This document shows positions 26,685 to 39,698 of a stretch of DNA of 64,000 nucleotides, piece by piece. The DNA comes from Malacoraja senta (lineage: Eukaryota), in the NCBI GenBank assembly GCA_038087875.1, contig CM075990.1, positions 10,480,001 to 10,544,000 on the forward strand, given 5' to 3'. Position numbers and translations under genes: made by a program. The notes under the pieces are model-generated. The model was not told the DNA's origin and ran no database searches. It worked only from the letters and a program-made list of their open reading frames with translations. The first letter of the stretch is position 1, and each line of letters starts with the position of its first letter.

Positions 26685-27370
26685 GTCCATGCCTTTAATA
26701 ACACACCACTATATTACATGCTTCACAAAGTGGGGTTTTTTGTTGCAAATTCCAGATTTGCAAAGTGGTTTATTGTCAATCTGAACAGGAACGCCACTGA
26801 CATAAGCACAAATGGGTGAATTTTTAATTCTTTGAGTCCTTCAATAAATTCTGCTCCAACTGTTCCTTTCTCATACTATGACATAATTGAAGTAAGTCCA
26901 TTTGAATTTGCTAGTGGGTGTAAGGTTACAATAGTTTTTGTAGCCACATTGATATGCGCAGAGTATGCTTCACCAACCAGCCGCATGCACTAAGTGTGAC
27001 TCATAGTTTCAGATCCCATAATTATTTTAGTAAACCAGAGTTGCAACAGCCGTCAATAGGTGGAACTGTCAAACTTGGATTACACCAGCAACTCCTCCAA
27101 GGTATGATGGGAATGGTGCATCTGCTAGAATCGTGCCTTGGTTGGATGACAGTTTATTGATGTAATATGAACCCTGTAACACAGTTCAGAACAATGAAGC
27201 CAATGTATTGAAGGGCCATTGTAAACTATGCAGCCTCCATGGCGCAGAGTAAATGTGCAAAGTTTAGAGCTTATGGAGTTAGCATATGGAGCTGGCATCA
27301 TGAATAGCTTTGCAGAACCAGTGATTTAAAGGATTGAAATACTTCTATGTTCTTTGTAGAATCCATAAGG

Positions 27371-27423
27371 TGGAGACAACAATGGCATATTATACTTGGA
27401 GACAACAATGGCATATTATACTT
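27371..27423. repeat. Perfect 26-bp tandem duplication
   Basis: tggagacaacaatggcatattatact x2. Confidence 0.9.
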
Positions 27424-27822
27424 TAATTTTTTTTAATATGCTCGTCTTCAGTGCAATTATTTAAACCCCGCCGTTCACAATTTTAAATATCCCTGATGTA
27501 GAGAAAAATTACTTAAATGGTGAATCCCAATGGTGATGTGTACCACAGCCATTGGGGAAACTGCCATTACAATCTTCTATATGCAGAGGGAGGGAAATGG
27601 GACAATAATTGCATCTCTAAACTAAACCAAACTAAATACTGATTTAGAGTAGGTACCTTTTTCCGTTTGGTTGAAAGGGAGGGATATCAGTTCTCTGTTC
27701 TTTGCAGTCAAAATTTCTCAATTGGCGGTAAAAAACCTTTTCACTGTACCACGGTGCACGTGACAATAATAAACTAAACTAATAATGCATATACCTGCAT
27801 CTCACAAATGAATACATATCTA

Positions 27823-27970
27823 TGTGTAGGAAGGAACTGCAGAAGCTGATTTAAACCGAAGATAGACACAAAAAGCTGGAGTAACTCAGCGGGACAGGCA
27901 GCATCTCTGGAGAGAAAAAATGGATGAGAGAATGAAAGATGCTGCCTGTCCCGCTGAGTTACTCCAGTAT
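27823..27970. mobile_element. Penelope-like pLTR units, partial inverted pair
   Basis: tgtgtaggaaggaactgcag...ctggagtaactcagcgggacaggcagcatctc followed by the reverse arm. Confidence 0.75.
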
Positions 27971-28748
27971 TTGGTTTCTTGGACACACAGGGCGAAATCA
28001 AGCTCAATTCATTTTCTCTCTTTAATATTGACTCACCCTTCCTGAATTTCCATGCTATCCCATGGCCATGCTTACATTTGGTGGTCCCACGGGTCTGGTT
28101 GTTCTGGGTGCTTGACTAGTGCAATTATCTCATGAGGTGATTCACCTGAGAGTTTCTCATAAGCCAGCAAAAGATATCTTGGATCTATAAACCTATTAGC
28201 TTGCCTCTCTATGTTGTGTTGGGGGTAACAAGAATATAATTTTCTCAAGCAAATTATAGGCAACTGAATTATTACTGCAAGAACGGAAATGTATTAGTTT
28301 CTGGATGAGAGCAATATTGCAGACTCTGCATGTTGCCCATCCTTATCTGGCTTTGAGAAAATGCTGATGAAACTTCCACTTCTTTGAGCCACTGTATTCA
28401 TTTTGGTGATGCTACTCTCAGTGTTGTTGTCCAGACTGATCCAGGATCTAGAAGAGATAGAAATGTATTTCTAAGTCAGAATGATGAGCAGTTTGGAGGG
28501 GATGTTGAACATGCAGTTTCAACCCTGGCCTTCCTGGTGATAGAGGTCAGGAATAGGTTTTGGAGTGCTCGCAAAATAACAAAGGTAAGTAGCTGCAATC
28601 ACAATATGGGCGAAGGAATTGATATTTTAGATCCTTGATGAAATATTTTGGTTTGAATATCCCAATCTGCACTTAGCACTCGCTTGTGTCCCTGTAATAT
28701 TAAAATATAACAATGTGAAATAATGATTAACACACAGAAACTAAACAT

Positions 28749-28954
28749 GGTACACAAAAATGCTGGAGAAACTCAGCGGGTGCAGCAGCATCTATGGAGC
28801 GAAGGAAATAGGTAACGTTTCGGGCCGAAACCCTTCTTCAGACTTTCCGAAACGTTACCTATTTCCTTCGCTCCATAGATGCTGCTGCACCCGCTGAGTT
28901 TCTCCAGCATTTTCGTGTACCTTCGATTTTCCAGCATCTGCAGTTCCTTCTTTA
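28749..28954. mobile_element. Young mini-Penelope inverted pair (family B) with intact hammerhead core
   Basis: TSD acagaaact(a/c)aacat at 28734-28748 and 28955-28969; long near-perfect inverted repeat. Confidence 0.9.
28814..28841 (-). ncRNA. Minimal hammerhead ribozyme core (PLE type)
   Basis: CUGAAGA-A-GGGU-UUCG-GCCC-GAAAC-GUU. Confidence 0.7.
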
Positions 28955-30319
28955 ACAGAAACTCAACATTACTGACAGGTTGTATATTGTCCCCTTATTG
29001 CCCCATGAACTGATCTTCTGGGCATTTCAGAGGGCAGGTGAGAATCATCCTCATGGAGTCACATGTTTGCCAAGGCAACTAAGGATGGCAGAATCACCTG
29101 AAGGGAATAAGGCAAATTTTAATTGAAATTCTGGTAGTTTACTGGCAGCCAGTGCTGATAATAGCTTTTTAAAATTCCAGATTTATTTTATTTATTGAGT
29201 TCAAATGCCGCAGCTGTCATGGTGGAATTTGAACACATAGCCTCAAATGGATTTTCATCTCGGAGTTGAATAGCTCTGCATCTGGGTCTCAGGAGCAGTT
29301 TTTAAGCTTGCTTTATTTTCTTCGATGATGGAACAGTAATAATTACTTGGAAATGCTATGAATGACTTCCTATCGATTGGGCCGATGGCTTTAATCTTCC
29401 TCCTTCTCCCCATTAATCTGCACACTCAATAGACCTTAATAATACACGTCTGCAAGGGAAATAAAATATATTTTTAGCTTGATTTCCACCAAATTGGAAA
29501 CATTTTCCAAATTTGAAGGAATTATTGTTTCAGAACTCATTTTCTGCATCAATATTTTGCTTTATCTCACTTTTTTTTATAGTCTGACCACGTCATCCTG
29601 TTCTGATTTATCCACACCCTTTCCTATGTCTCTCCCTCCTCTCTCAACTTTTCACTTTTGCCTCCCTGGTGTCTTGTACCTTTGTCAGTTTTAATTTCAA
29701 ACTACTTCTCCTCATTTAGTGACAGGAAGAAATGATGTTCAGGCTCCCGTACATCTGACAGTGGCACCCAGGGGAGGGGAAGTCAGAAGAAGTGTGAGGG
29801 ATGGGGAAGGGAATCAAAGAGAGCACTAGTCATTCTGCAGTATATTTCCTATCAGACCACCAGCTGAAATATACATTCACACTTGTCTGCTTATCTGACA
29901 GCCATAAAATACAGAGTCAGACATTGCTATATAGAGTAGCATAAGCGACTGTGGATGTATGGGCTAATGAGAGTGTCACTGTAACAAGATACAAATGGGC
30001 TGGTAACAGAGATAGATTTAATCCACTGTAGTTTTTGTATATCCTTGTTAATGGTTCCCTTGTGCAAATTGTACACTTGAATATGGAATGTGTGGGAACA
30101 ATTACCTTAAAGTAATTCTTTTATATAAACAGAAATGCCAATGTCACCAGTGTTCAAAAAAGTTTTGACGAAATTGTTTTAAAGACATCAAAGGCCTCAT
30201 TTTCTTTTCCATGCCGATGTTGATATAGGGAAGCACAGTACTGGAATGGGAAATGTTCATGTTGGGCGCCTGGCTAAATCGCAATTACTTAAGCCCGCAG
30301 ATGTTCCCTCTGCATTATT

Positions 30320-30710
30320 TTACTATAAACCCATGAACCCCCACAGTTATTTGCATTATACCTCCTCCCACCCTACCTCTTACAAATACACCACCCCCTA
30401 CTCTCAATTTCTCCATCTCCACTGCATCTGCTCCAAGTCGAGGGTTTCCATTCTAGGATTTCTGAGATGTCCGCATTGTTTAGTAAATGTGGTTTCCCCC
30501 TAGTGTCAAAAATGGACCCCTCCCCGTGTTACCTCAGCATCCCGTAGTTCTGCTCTCGCTCTCCCTCCCCCCCGGACAGAACAAGGATAAAATTCCCTGG
30601 TCCTTATCTTTCACCCTAGCAGCCTCCGCATCAACACATCATTCTCCAACATTTCCGCCATCTCCAACGTGATCCCACCACTAGTCACATCTACCCATAC
30701 CCACCTCTTT
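30320..30710 (+). mobile_element. Degenerate Penelope-like RT C-terminal fragment
   Basis: YYKPMNPHSYLHYTSSHP...PYSQFLHLHCICS resembles the PLE 'YYKPTDSHSYLDYTSSHP...PYSQFLRLRRICS' motif. Confidence 0.75.
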
Positions 30711-30915
30711 CTATGTATAGAAATATAGAGACACAAGGAAGTGAAGTTGTTGGAATCTTCAGCAAAACACAGTGCACTGGAGGAACTCAGCAGGTCAGGC
30801 ACCATCTGTGGAAGGAATGGAGAGGTCAGGTTGGGATCTTTCTTCATACTGATTAGGGGGAAAAAGCTGGAAAAGAGCGGTGGAGATAGGCAAAACCTAG
30901 CAACTGATAGGTGGA

Positions 30916-31095
30916 AGGTAGACACAAAATGCTGGAGTAACTCAGCGGGACAGGCAGCATCTCACTCTGAAGAAGGGTCTCAACCTGAAACGTCACCCAT
31001 TCCTTTTCTCCACAGATGCTGCCTGTCCCGCTGAGTTACTCCAGCATTTTGTGTCTACCTTCGATTTAAACCAGCATATGCAGTTCTCTCCTACA
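30916..31095. mobile_element. Mini-Penelope inverted pair nested inside an older pLTR (30725-31220)
   Basis: TSD caactgat(a/g)ggtgga at 30901-30915 and 31096-31110; hammerhead-like ctgaagaagggtctcaacctgaaacgtc. Confidence 0.85.
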
Positions 31096-33049
31096 CAACT
31101 GATGGGTGGATACAGGTGAAGAGGGTTTGAACTGCCTTTGTCACTCTCGCCTTTGTCACTTACTTCACCCATCAGCCAACCGCCCATCAATTGCCAGACT
31201 TTGCCCCATCCCCACCTCTGTTATAAATGTGACACAGAGAGGTTGAACTTAGATTTTATAACTTGTACAATTTGCTCTATTCCGTATATTCTTTAAGTTT
31301 GGTCTTAAATATACAAAGAAATCTGTCTCAAGAATCTTCTGCAATGTTGCTCACACAGGGAAGGCCTGAACTCACCCTATACAGGATTGCTTTAACATGG
31401 AAGTCAGACAGAATACCAAACCATTGCGCAGTGTGCACTACAAGAGATAACCTTTGAGAAGAATGAAGATTCTTTCTAATTTAAGAAACAATGGGTACAT
31501 CTGCACATGGGGCTTCCTTTGGAAAGGTCTTTGAACCTTCCAAGCTTGCTATTTCCCGACCAATTTCTGTCTGCTCACCAGCTAGCTTAAAACTGAACAA
31601 CAAAACATAAAATAAAACATCCTGGTATACTCAGACAAGGCACTTGAATCATTATGACAGAGGGACTCTTTGCTATGAGTCAGCTGACTTCTGAAGACAT
31701 TGTTTCAAAAGATCAAAGATTTAGCATGTAATACAAAATAATCCTGTTTAACTGCTCACCTTGCTTTACCGACGTCAATCGCAGTGTGATTCTCGAATGC
31801 CCGAATCCAAAAATAGTTGGGTCAAACAGTCTAAAATGGAATAAATGCATTTTACATTTTAAAATATATGTTTTAAAAATTGATGTTTTTCAGCATATTT
31901 TCTTTAATTTGAGGTATGAGAGTCACGAAACTCCAGGGTATAAAGATTACAATAATCAATTCTAGCAATAAGAGAAGAATACACGGTGTTTATATTGCTC
32001 AGTAAAGGAAACAGTAACTAAGGTAAACTCTCCACATGAAACGGAGAGGGATGTTGCTTAACTTCATTTGTATTGACAAGACACAATGATTAAACAGACT
32101 TTCTGCTGCTTTGATGGCAGTTTCTGATGTGGGCAACAATGCTTTACCACCACTTAAAACATTGCACGCATAGAATCTTTCAAGTTTTGTTGTGACTTGC
32201 TGAGGAACGGTAGTCCTTGACCCTGTCTACTTAGCCAATCAACGCATCAAAGAACAACAATATATTAATGAATGGCATTATTTCCTTCAAACCACGGTTG
32301 TTATAGATATCAACACTGACTCGACAAATTTCGGAAGGTTAATTGATTGATTCCATTTCTAGAATGATTATCCAGTTCCGTTTGTTTAACTTGACCTCTG
32401 TTTCATACCAAACTAACCCATACTAAGTACCTTGACAAGCTAGTGCAAAAAAGCTAACTCAAATGGCTGGGTGATTATCAAGGGAACACAGTCATTATCC
32501 AATAAACAGAACAAATGGGTCAATACACCACACATGCTAATCAATAATTAGAACGTGTCTGTCCGCTGTATCATTTGCTGGGTTGCTGTACATGTCTACC
32601 CCCATTACCTTAACTATAACTTCATCATTTCCACCCATAGACATTTCTGGATTCAGTCACATATTATTTCAGATTAACTGAATCTGATATTTTTCACACA
32701 TCTCCTAAATTTTAATGCCAGACCTGTTATTTGAAAGGTAAGAAGAGATGCAGGTGGTTTCAGTTAAGGACCAGTTTAATTCTTTTAGTTAGCTTCCATT
32801 AGTGTGAATGGGGGAGGGAAAGGAAGACAACCAGGTGGTCGTGTGGCATTAGTGGGCCAGATGTGTCCATTCTGTGGCATGCCCACCTCCTTTTTTGGTT
32901 GTTGAGGCTGCCGGTATTTTAAGGAGGCGGCAATTGGGGCCAGGTAGCTACAAGGTGTCGAAACCAGGACTGGGGTAACTTGTGGGGAGAGGGTTGTAAG
33001 GTCAATACCAAGGGTAGGGAATAATGGTTGTGTAGGTTATGTAACTATC

Positions 33050-33540
33050 AGTCTGAAGAAGGGTTCTGACCAGAAACATCACCTATCCATGTTCTCCAGA
33101 GATGCTGCCTGGCCCGTTGAGTTACCCTAGCATTTAATGTCTTTCTTAAGTAATGTAACATGCCTTAGTAAGGACCAGTGCAACAATTGAATTCCCGATC
33201 TTCCAATTTAACATGTAGCAGTCTTAACACTTTTTTTTCTCAGTACTTTCTCCATAGTTGTAACATTATTCTGTTTTCGATTTAATTTCTCTTTTGCTCT
33301 ACCTGACAAACTCATATATCGTATGATTCACCTGGTCAGGCTAAACAAAGTTTTTCACTGTATCTCAGTACATGTGACAATAGTAACCTAATATTAATAA
33401 AACCTATGTGTAGGAAAGAACTGCAAATGCTGGTTTAAATCAAAGATAGACACAAAATACTGGAGTAACTCAGCAGGACAGGCAGCATCTCTGGAGAGAA
33501 GGAATGGGTGATGTTTTGGGTCGAGACCCTTCGTTAGACT
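33050..33540. mobile_element. Two Penelope-like pLTR units (33050-33142 plus; 33407-33540 minus)
   Basis: Both carry decayed ctgaagaaggg...gaaacatc motifs. Confidence 0.7.
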
Positions 33541-34099
33541 GTTGATAAAACCTATACCGTATGTCCTGAGATTACCCAATAACAGGCCTTCTGGAAAACA
33601 TTTGCTTCTTTTCTCTCTTAATGTTTCAGTAGAAATGCTGCAGGGAAATTACATTATGTCATAAGCATCAGATGAAGACAGCAGATATATGTAAATGAAA
33701 CATGCACAAGAACTGGCTGATCTAAGTTCCAGTGTAACGTGAAATGACTCGGAAGCGATTTTACTTTTTACCGGCAAGAGCTTTTGATCATGCAACAATG
33801 CAAATAAAAATCACGACATGTTCAAAATTCTAGACTGGAAGATCCTCCTATGATCAAAATATTTTATTGTTAACTTTACCTTTCCTTCCATTTAGGTCAT
33901 AGGCTAGCAGCTGTTTATTTCAGCAGCCTTGAAAACCCAAATATGATGAGAACCCAGCCTTGTGAATCTGCAGTATAGGGCTAGGTGTAGGCTGAACAGC
34001 AAAAACAGCATGCAGTAGACAGAGCTAAGTAATCACACAATTTGCAGATCAGATCTAAGTTACCATATTATGTTCTAAATAGTGGTGAACATAGTGGTG

Positions 34100-34624
34100 G
34101 TATACATCAGTGAGACCAAACGCAGACTGGGTGATCGTTTCGAGGAACACCTTTTCTCAGCCAGCCTGAACCAACCTGATCTCGCAGTTGCTGGACACAG
34201 ACCTACACAGTCCTAGGTCTACTCCATTGTCAGAGTGAGGCTAAAAGCAAATTGGAGGAAGAGCATTTCATATTTCGCTTGGGCAGCTTACAGCCCAGTG
34301 ATATGAATATTGATTTCTCTCACTTCAGGTAGCCCCGACATTCCCTCTCTCTATCCCTCCCCCACCCAAGTCACACTAGCTTCTCATTTTCACCCTACAA
34401 ACATCTTACAATGGCCTGTTTCCTTTATCATCGTTACTTTTTTGCATATCTTTTATTCATTGTTCTTTATCTCTCCACATCATCGTCTATATCTCTCGTT
34501 TCCCTCATCTCTAACCAGTCTGAAGAAGGGACTTGACCCGAAACATCACCCATTCCTTCTCTCCAGAGATGCTGCCTGTCCCGTTGAGTTACTCCAGCTT
34601 TTTATGTCTTTCTTCGGTTTAAAC
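34100..34624 (+). mobile_element. Penelope-like 3' fragment (GIY-YIG remnant plus pLTR)
   Basis: YISETKRRLGDRFEEH at ~34102-34150; hammerhead-like motif at ~34520. Confidence 0.85.
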
Positions 34625-35145
34625 CTTCTTACACAACAATGGGTCGTCTGATTGTTAATGTTGAAAATTGTCCAGGATTATCACAAAATGCAGGACAAAT
34701 CTAATCTGGTTGCTTACCACCCAATCAGCCTCCTCTCAATCACCTGCAAAATGGTATAATTTGTTCACACCAGTGATTTCAAGTCGCAGTGACTCAACAA
34801 TTATCCACTCAGTAGTGCCCAATTAGTAGTTCACCTTGTTGTTAAAGAAGGAACTGCAGATGCTGGAAAATCGAAGGTACACAAAAATGCTGGAGAAACT
34901 CAGCGGGTGCAGCAGCATCTATGGAGCGAAGGAAATAGGCAACGTTTTGGGCCGAAACATTGCCTATTTCCTTCGCTCCATAGATGCTGCTGCACCCGCT
35001 GAGTTTCTCCAGCATTTTTGTGTACCTAGTAGTTCACCTTGACCAGTTTGCTTCAGACATCACCACAACCTTGGTCCAAAAATGGATAGCTGCCAGTCTA
35101 TGAGCAAAGGGGAAGGAATGGAAGAGGTAACATTTGGAGACGTTT
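34265..35145 (+). repeat. Left copy of a 678-bp direct duplication (carries an extra 203-bp insertion)
   Basis: Co-linear with 37603-38280, with about 9 substitutions counted by eye. Confidence 0.95.
34839..35026. mobile_element. Young mini-Penelope inverted pair (family B), absent from the duplicate copy
   Basis: Perfect 15-bp TSD tagtagttcaccttg at 34824-34838 and 35027-35041; empty site at ~38162-38176. Confidence 0.95.
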
Positions 35146-37602
35146 TGTTTTTTAAAATATTTTTATTTTATTAGAAGTACAATTGTATACAATCATATTT
35201 TCATAATACATTTTATGTACAGCTTCTTATTTTTTTTTTATAATAAAGAAGAAAAAGAAAAAGAAGTTAAATAATGAAGTATAGCAAAATGTAAGATATA
35301 TAGTGTGTGGAAAAGAAAAATAGAAAGTGAAAGAAGAAAGTTAAAGAATAGAAAATAGGAAAAAGAGAATAAAAGAAGTAAAAGGAAGAAAAAGAAAAAA
35401 GAAGTAAGGAGATCTTATTTATAATCTTGACCATCCCTCGCCCAGTCACGAGTTAGCTTTTACAATTGTGTTGCACCATATGATTCCAAAAAGACGACAA
35501 ATGGAGACCAACTCGTTGTGAATTGGTCAAATTTATCTATTAGGAGGAATCGCATTTCCTCAAGATGTGCGGTGTCCAACATACTTGCAATCCACATTTT
35601 GAGCGTTGGTATTGGTGTATTTTTCCAAAATTTAAGTATTAATTTTTTTGCTATTGTTAATCCATAATTAAAAAATACTTTTTGAGATGGATTCAGTTTA
35701 TTCCCATCTTCCATTACCCCAAATATAATCAATTCATTATTAGGTTCCATTTTTATCTTAAATAATTTTGTGAATATTTCGAAAATATCACTCCAAAATC
35801 TATAAAGTTTTATGCAGGAAACAAAAGAGTGTGTTATAGTTGCATCTTGGGTTAAACATTTATCGCAAGTGGGGGATATATTTGGGTAAAATTTATTTAA
35901 TCTTGTTTTTGAGTAATATAATCTATGTAAAATTTTAAATTGAATTAGATTATGTCTTGCATTAATCGAACATTTGTGAATGTATGTCAAATACTTTTCC
36001 CATGTAACCTTCGTAATTTTTATCATCAATTCCCGTTCCCACTCTTCTCTAATTACCTCTGTCGCTGGTAAATCTGTATTTAAAATACTATTATATAAAT
36101 ATGATATTAATTTTTGTGTATCAGCTTTAATATTCATTACTTCTTCCAATAAATCAGGAATTATTTTTTGATATCCTTGAATGTATGTCTTCAAGAAATT
36201 GCAAATCTGAAAATATTTAAAATAATGATTGTTTTTTAATTTAAATTTTAATTGTAATTGTTGAAATGATAGTAAATCTCCCATTTCATACATGTTCCCG
36301 ATCCTTTTAATTCCTAACCTTTCCCATTGATTATATATTTTGTCCATAAGAGATGGTTTAAATAAAGGATTATTCGCTATTGGTGTTAACAATGCTATCA
36401 TTAAGTTTCTTAATTTTAAGGATAATTTTATTTGTTTCCATATTCTTATTGTATCCTGTATAAGTTCTTCTTATATATTGTATTGTTCATTTTTTTTGGG
36501 GAGACGAGGATCGTTCCTATATTACAAGGGAAACAATCCTCTTTCTCCATTTTTATCCATTCTGTCTGTTGGGTAGAACTATCCAACCAATAAATTATAT
36601 TCTTAATATGTATTGCCCAATAGTAATACAAAAAATTCGGGAGCGAAAGTCCCCCGACATCTTTTGGTTTACATAAGTGTTGTTTTTTAATTCTATGTGA
36701 TTTATAGTCCCAGACAAAATTAGTAATATTAGAGTTTAATTTAGAAAAAAAATATTTTGGTACATATACTGGTATAGACTGAAATAGGTATAATAACTGT
36801 TGGTGGAAAGATCATTTTTATAGCATTTATTCTACCTATTAATGATAAAGGAAGTGTTTTCCAAAATTTAATCATTATATTAAGTTTATTTATTAAAGGT
36901 ATAAAATTGACATTGAATAAAGCTTTATGTTTTCTAGTAATCTGAATACCCAGATATTTAAATTTTTCTGTTGCTATTTTAAAGGGGAACTTCAGTAAGT
37001 GTGTAGATTCTTGAGGTTTTAATGTCATGATTTCACTTTTGTTCCAATTTATTTTATATCCAGAAAAGGACCCAAATTCCTCTATTAAGTTTAATAAATT
37101 TGGTATGCTCATTTGTGAGTTTGTTATATATAACAGAATATCGTCTGCATATAATAAAATTTTATTATTTGAGTCCCTAGTATTATAACCCTGAATATTC
37201 GGATGACTTCTTATACTTTCAGCCAAAGGTTCTATCATAAGGGCAAATAGCAGGGGTGATAAAGCACATCCCTGCCTATTACCCCTTGATAATTGAAATT
37301 TTTGAGATAACATACTATTAGTTAATATTCTTGCCATCGGTTTATCATATAATAATTTCACCCATGTAATAAAATTCTCTCCCATATTAAATTTTTGTAA
37401 TACTTTGTATAAATACTGCCATTCTACCTGATCAAATGCTTTCTCTGCGTCCAAAGAAATAATTGATATGTCTTCTTCCTCCACTTTATGTGAGTACATT
37501 ATATTAAACAGGCGTCTCAAATTATTAAATGAATATCTTTTGGGTATAAACCCCGTTTGATCAGGGTTTATCAATTTACTAATATATTTGCTTAGTCTTC
37601 AT
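35146..37602 (-). mobile_element. 5'-truncated L1-clade (L1/Tx1-like) LINE with frameshifted ORF2
   Basis: RT motifs (DQTGF, SLDAEKAFD, RQGCALSPLLF, LYADD, KYLGI) in ORF 36741-37574; C-terminal CxxC...H motif in ORF 35460-36401; T-rich 3' UTR and A-tail. Confidence 0.95.
35460..37574 (-). pseudogene. Disrupted L1-clade ORF2 (RT plus C-terminal zinc-knuckle-like domain)
   Basis: Three ORF pieces (36741-37574, 36446-36631, 35460-36401) joined by frameshifts. Confidence 0.9.
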
Positions 37603-38280
37603 ATTTCATATTTTGCTTGGGCAGCTTACAGCCCAGTGATATGAATATTGATTTCTCTCACTTCAGGTAGCCCCGACATTCCCTCTCTCTATCCCTCCCC
37701 CACCCAAGTCACACTAGCTTCTCATTTTCACCCTACAAACATCTTACAATGGCCTGTTTCCTTTATCATCGTTACTTTTTTGCATATCTTTTATTCATTG
37801 TTCTTTATCTCTCCACATCATCATCTATATCTCTCGTTTCCCTCATCTCTAACCAGTCTGAAGAAGGGTCTCGACCCGAAACATCACCCATTCCTTCTCT
37901 CCAGAGATGCTGCCTGTCCCGTTGAGTTACTCCAGCTTTTTATGTCTTTCTTCGGTTTAAACCTTCTTACACAACAATGGGTCGTCTGATTGTTAATGTT
38001 GAAAATTGTCCAGGGTTATCACAAAATGCAGGACAAATCTAATCTGGTTGCTTACCACCCAATCAGCCTCCTCTCAATCACCTGCAAAACGGTATAATTT
38101 GTTCACACCAGTGATTTCAAGTCGCAGTGACTCAACAATCATCCACTCAGTAGTGCCCAATTAGTAGTTCACCTTGACCAGTTTGCTTCAGACATCAGCA
38201 CAACCTTGGTCCAAAAATGGATAGCTGCCAGTCTATGAGCAAAGGGGAAGGAATGGAAGAGGTAACATTTGGAGATGTTT
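37603..38280 (+). repeat. Right copy of the 678-bp direct duplication
   Basis: Matches 34265-35145 minus the 203-bp insertion; ends gttt|aa. Confidence 0.95.
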
Positions 38281-39698
38281 AACGGGAAAATGTTCAGTCC
38301 TGTGTCATACTGGATAAAATATGAGGTTAAAAAAATCATAAATTATGTAGTTTTCAAATGACAACTTTTTGCAACAAATGTTGCTTATCATGTTTTACTC
38401 ATGGTCAGATCATCCCATTTGCAATATGACACCTCTTTACATTTACCCCTTGCCAGTGGCTCTATAGATTGTGGCCCTCATTGTACAGCCATGGCAGAGA
38501 AGCAATTCATTCCACAAGAACACATAAAGTAATTAATGTCATAATGAGCCACGTCAAGCACAATCTGGCCCATTAATTAACCCACAGCTCATCACTGTGT
38601 AGTTTTCAAGTGCCGGAAAGAATCCATCATTTCCTGTTAAAATAGTTAAAATGTAAATACCATTACTGCCTGAATGTGTATTTCCAAAGCTGACAAGTTC
38701 CTAAACAACTTCATGTCACGGAGATAAGTATTGAATTCCAATTGCTAACAAAAACATTTTTTTAATTTGAAGGATATAATTAGGTACCAATTTGAAAGTC
38801 AAATATAGTTTTTCAAGCAAGGACATCTAATTCCTTTTCAACTTTTAATTATTTGATCCATGATTTAAATTCTACTGATGCTGATCATAGTCCATTTACA
38901 GTGTCATTGCTGAACTACTGAGTCAGATGCCTTATGGAATATAAGTTACATCTCATGGGTCATCATCATGCATCCTGTGAGGGTTTAGATGGAGACCACA
39001 GCTGTGTCCTTTCATGTTTTATTCAGAAACATCGCCCTTACTGGTGCTTTTGTTAAAAAAAAGTTCAACCTTTTACTGTGATATCTGTCACTACTCCTTC
39101 TCACATTCCCTTTCACAAGATTATGCATCTGATGAACTGGACCAAATTTCTGTCAAAACTTTAGAGGAAGAATGAAAAAAAACTAACACTATGATTTATT
39201 GCACACAAACAACAATTCATACCATTATTTTTTTCTCTTATGATTTAATGGGTTTAATACTAACATTTCATCAAAGACTATTTCTTGGAAATATTTTACT
39301 TTTGGATCCTTTTATGTGATAGATTTATAATTCATTGAATGTGAAAATTAGAATTTCAGCTGCATTGTGCTGATATAGATTTGATAACACTATATAACAC
39401 AACTTTAATAATTACTCCTGGCTTTCTTTAGGGTAATGTTCTGAAAGACCAGAGTTAGTGGGTATGGCAAATGATCTTAACTAAAGCACTTGGCTGGTAA
39501 TTCACAATTTTCAAGGGAACTCTTTGATCTTCATCCATTTTTTTCTCGATCTGTTTCTTTCAATGTTCCAGCTTCTATCGTTACTGGCATCTCAAATAGC
39601 AAGAAATTTTCAACATAGAATTAGGATTCTGGATCTATTTTCATCTTGAAAATGAGTTAAGGACAGTCCCTTTTCTCCAATGCACAACCAAACAGCTA

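Noticed and set aside
34310..34651. 113-aa ORF duplicated at 37648-37989, suggesting a gene duplication
   Set aside because: It is Penelope pLTR sequence within the 678-bp duplication, not a gene.
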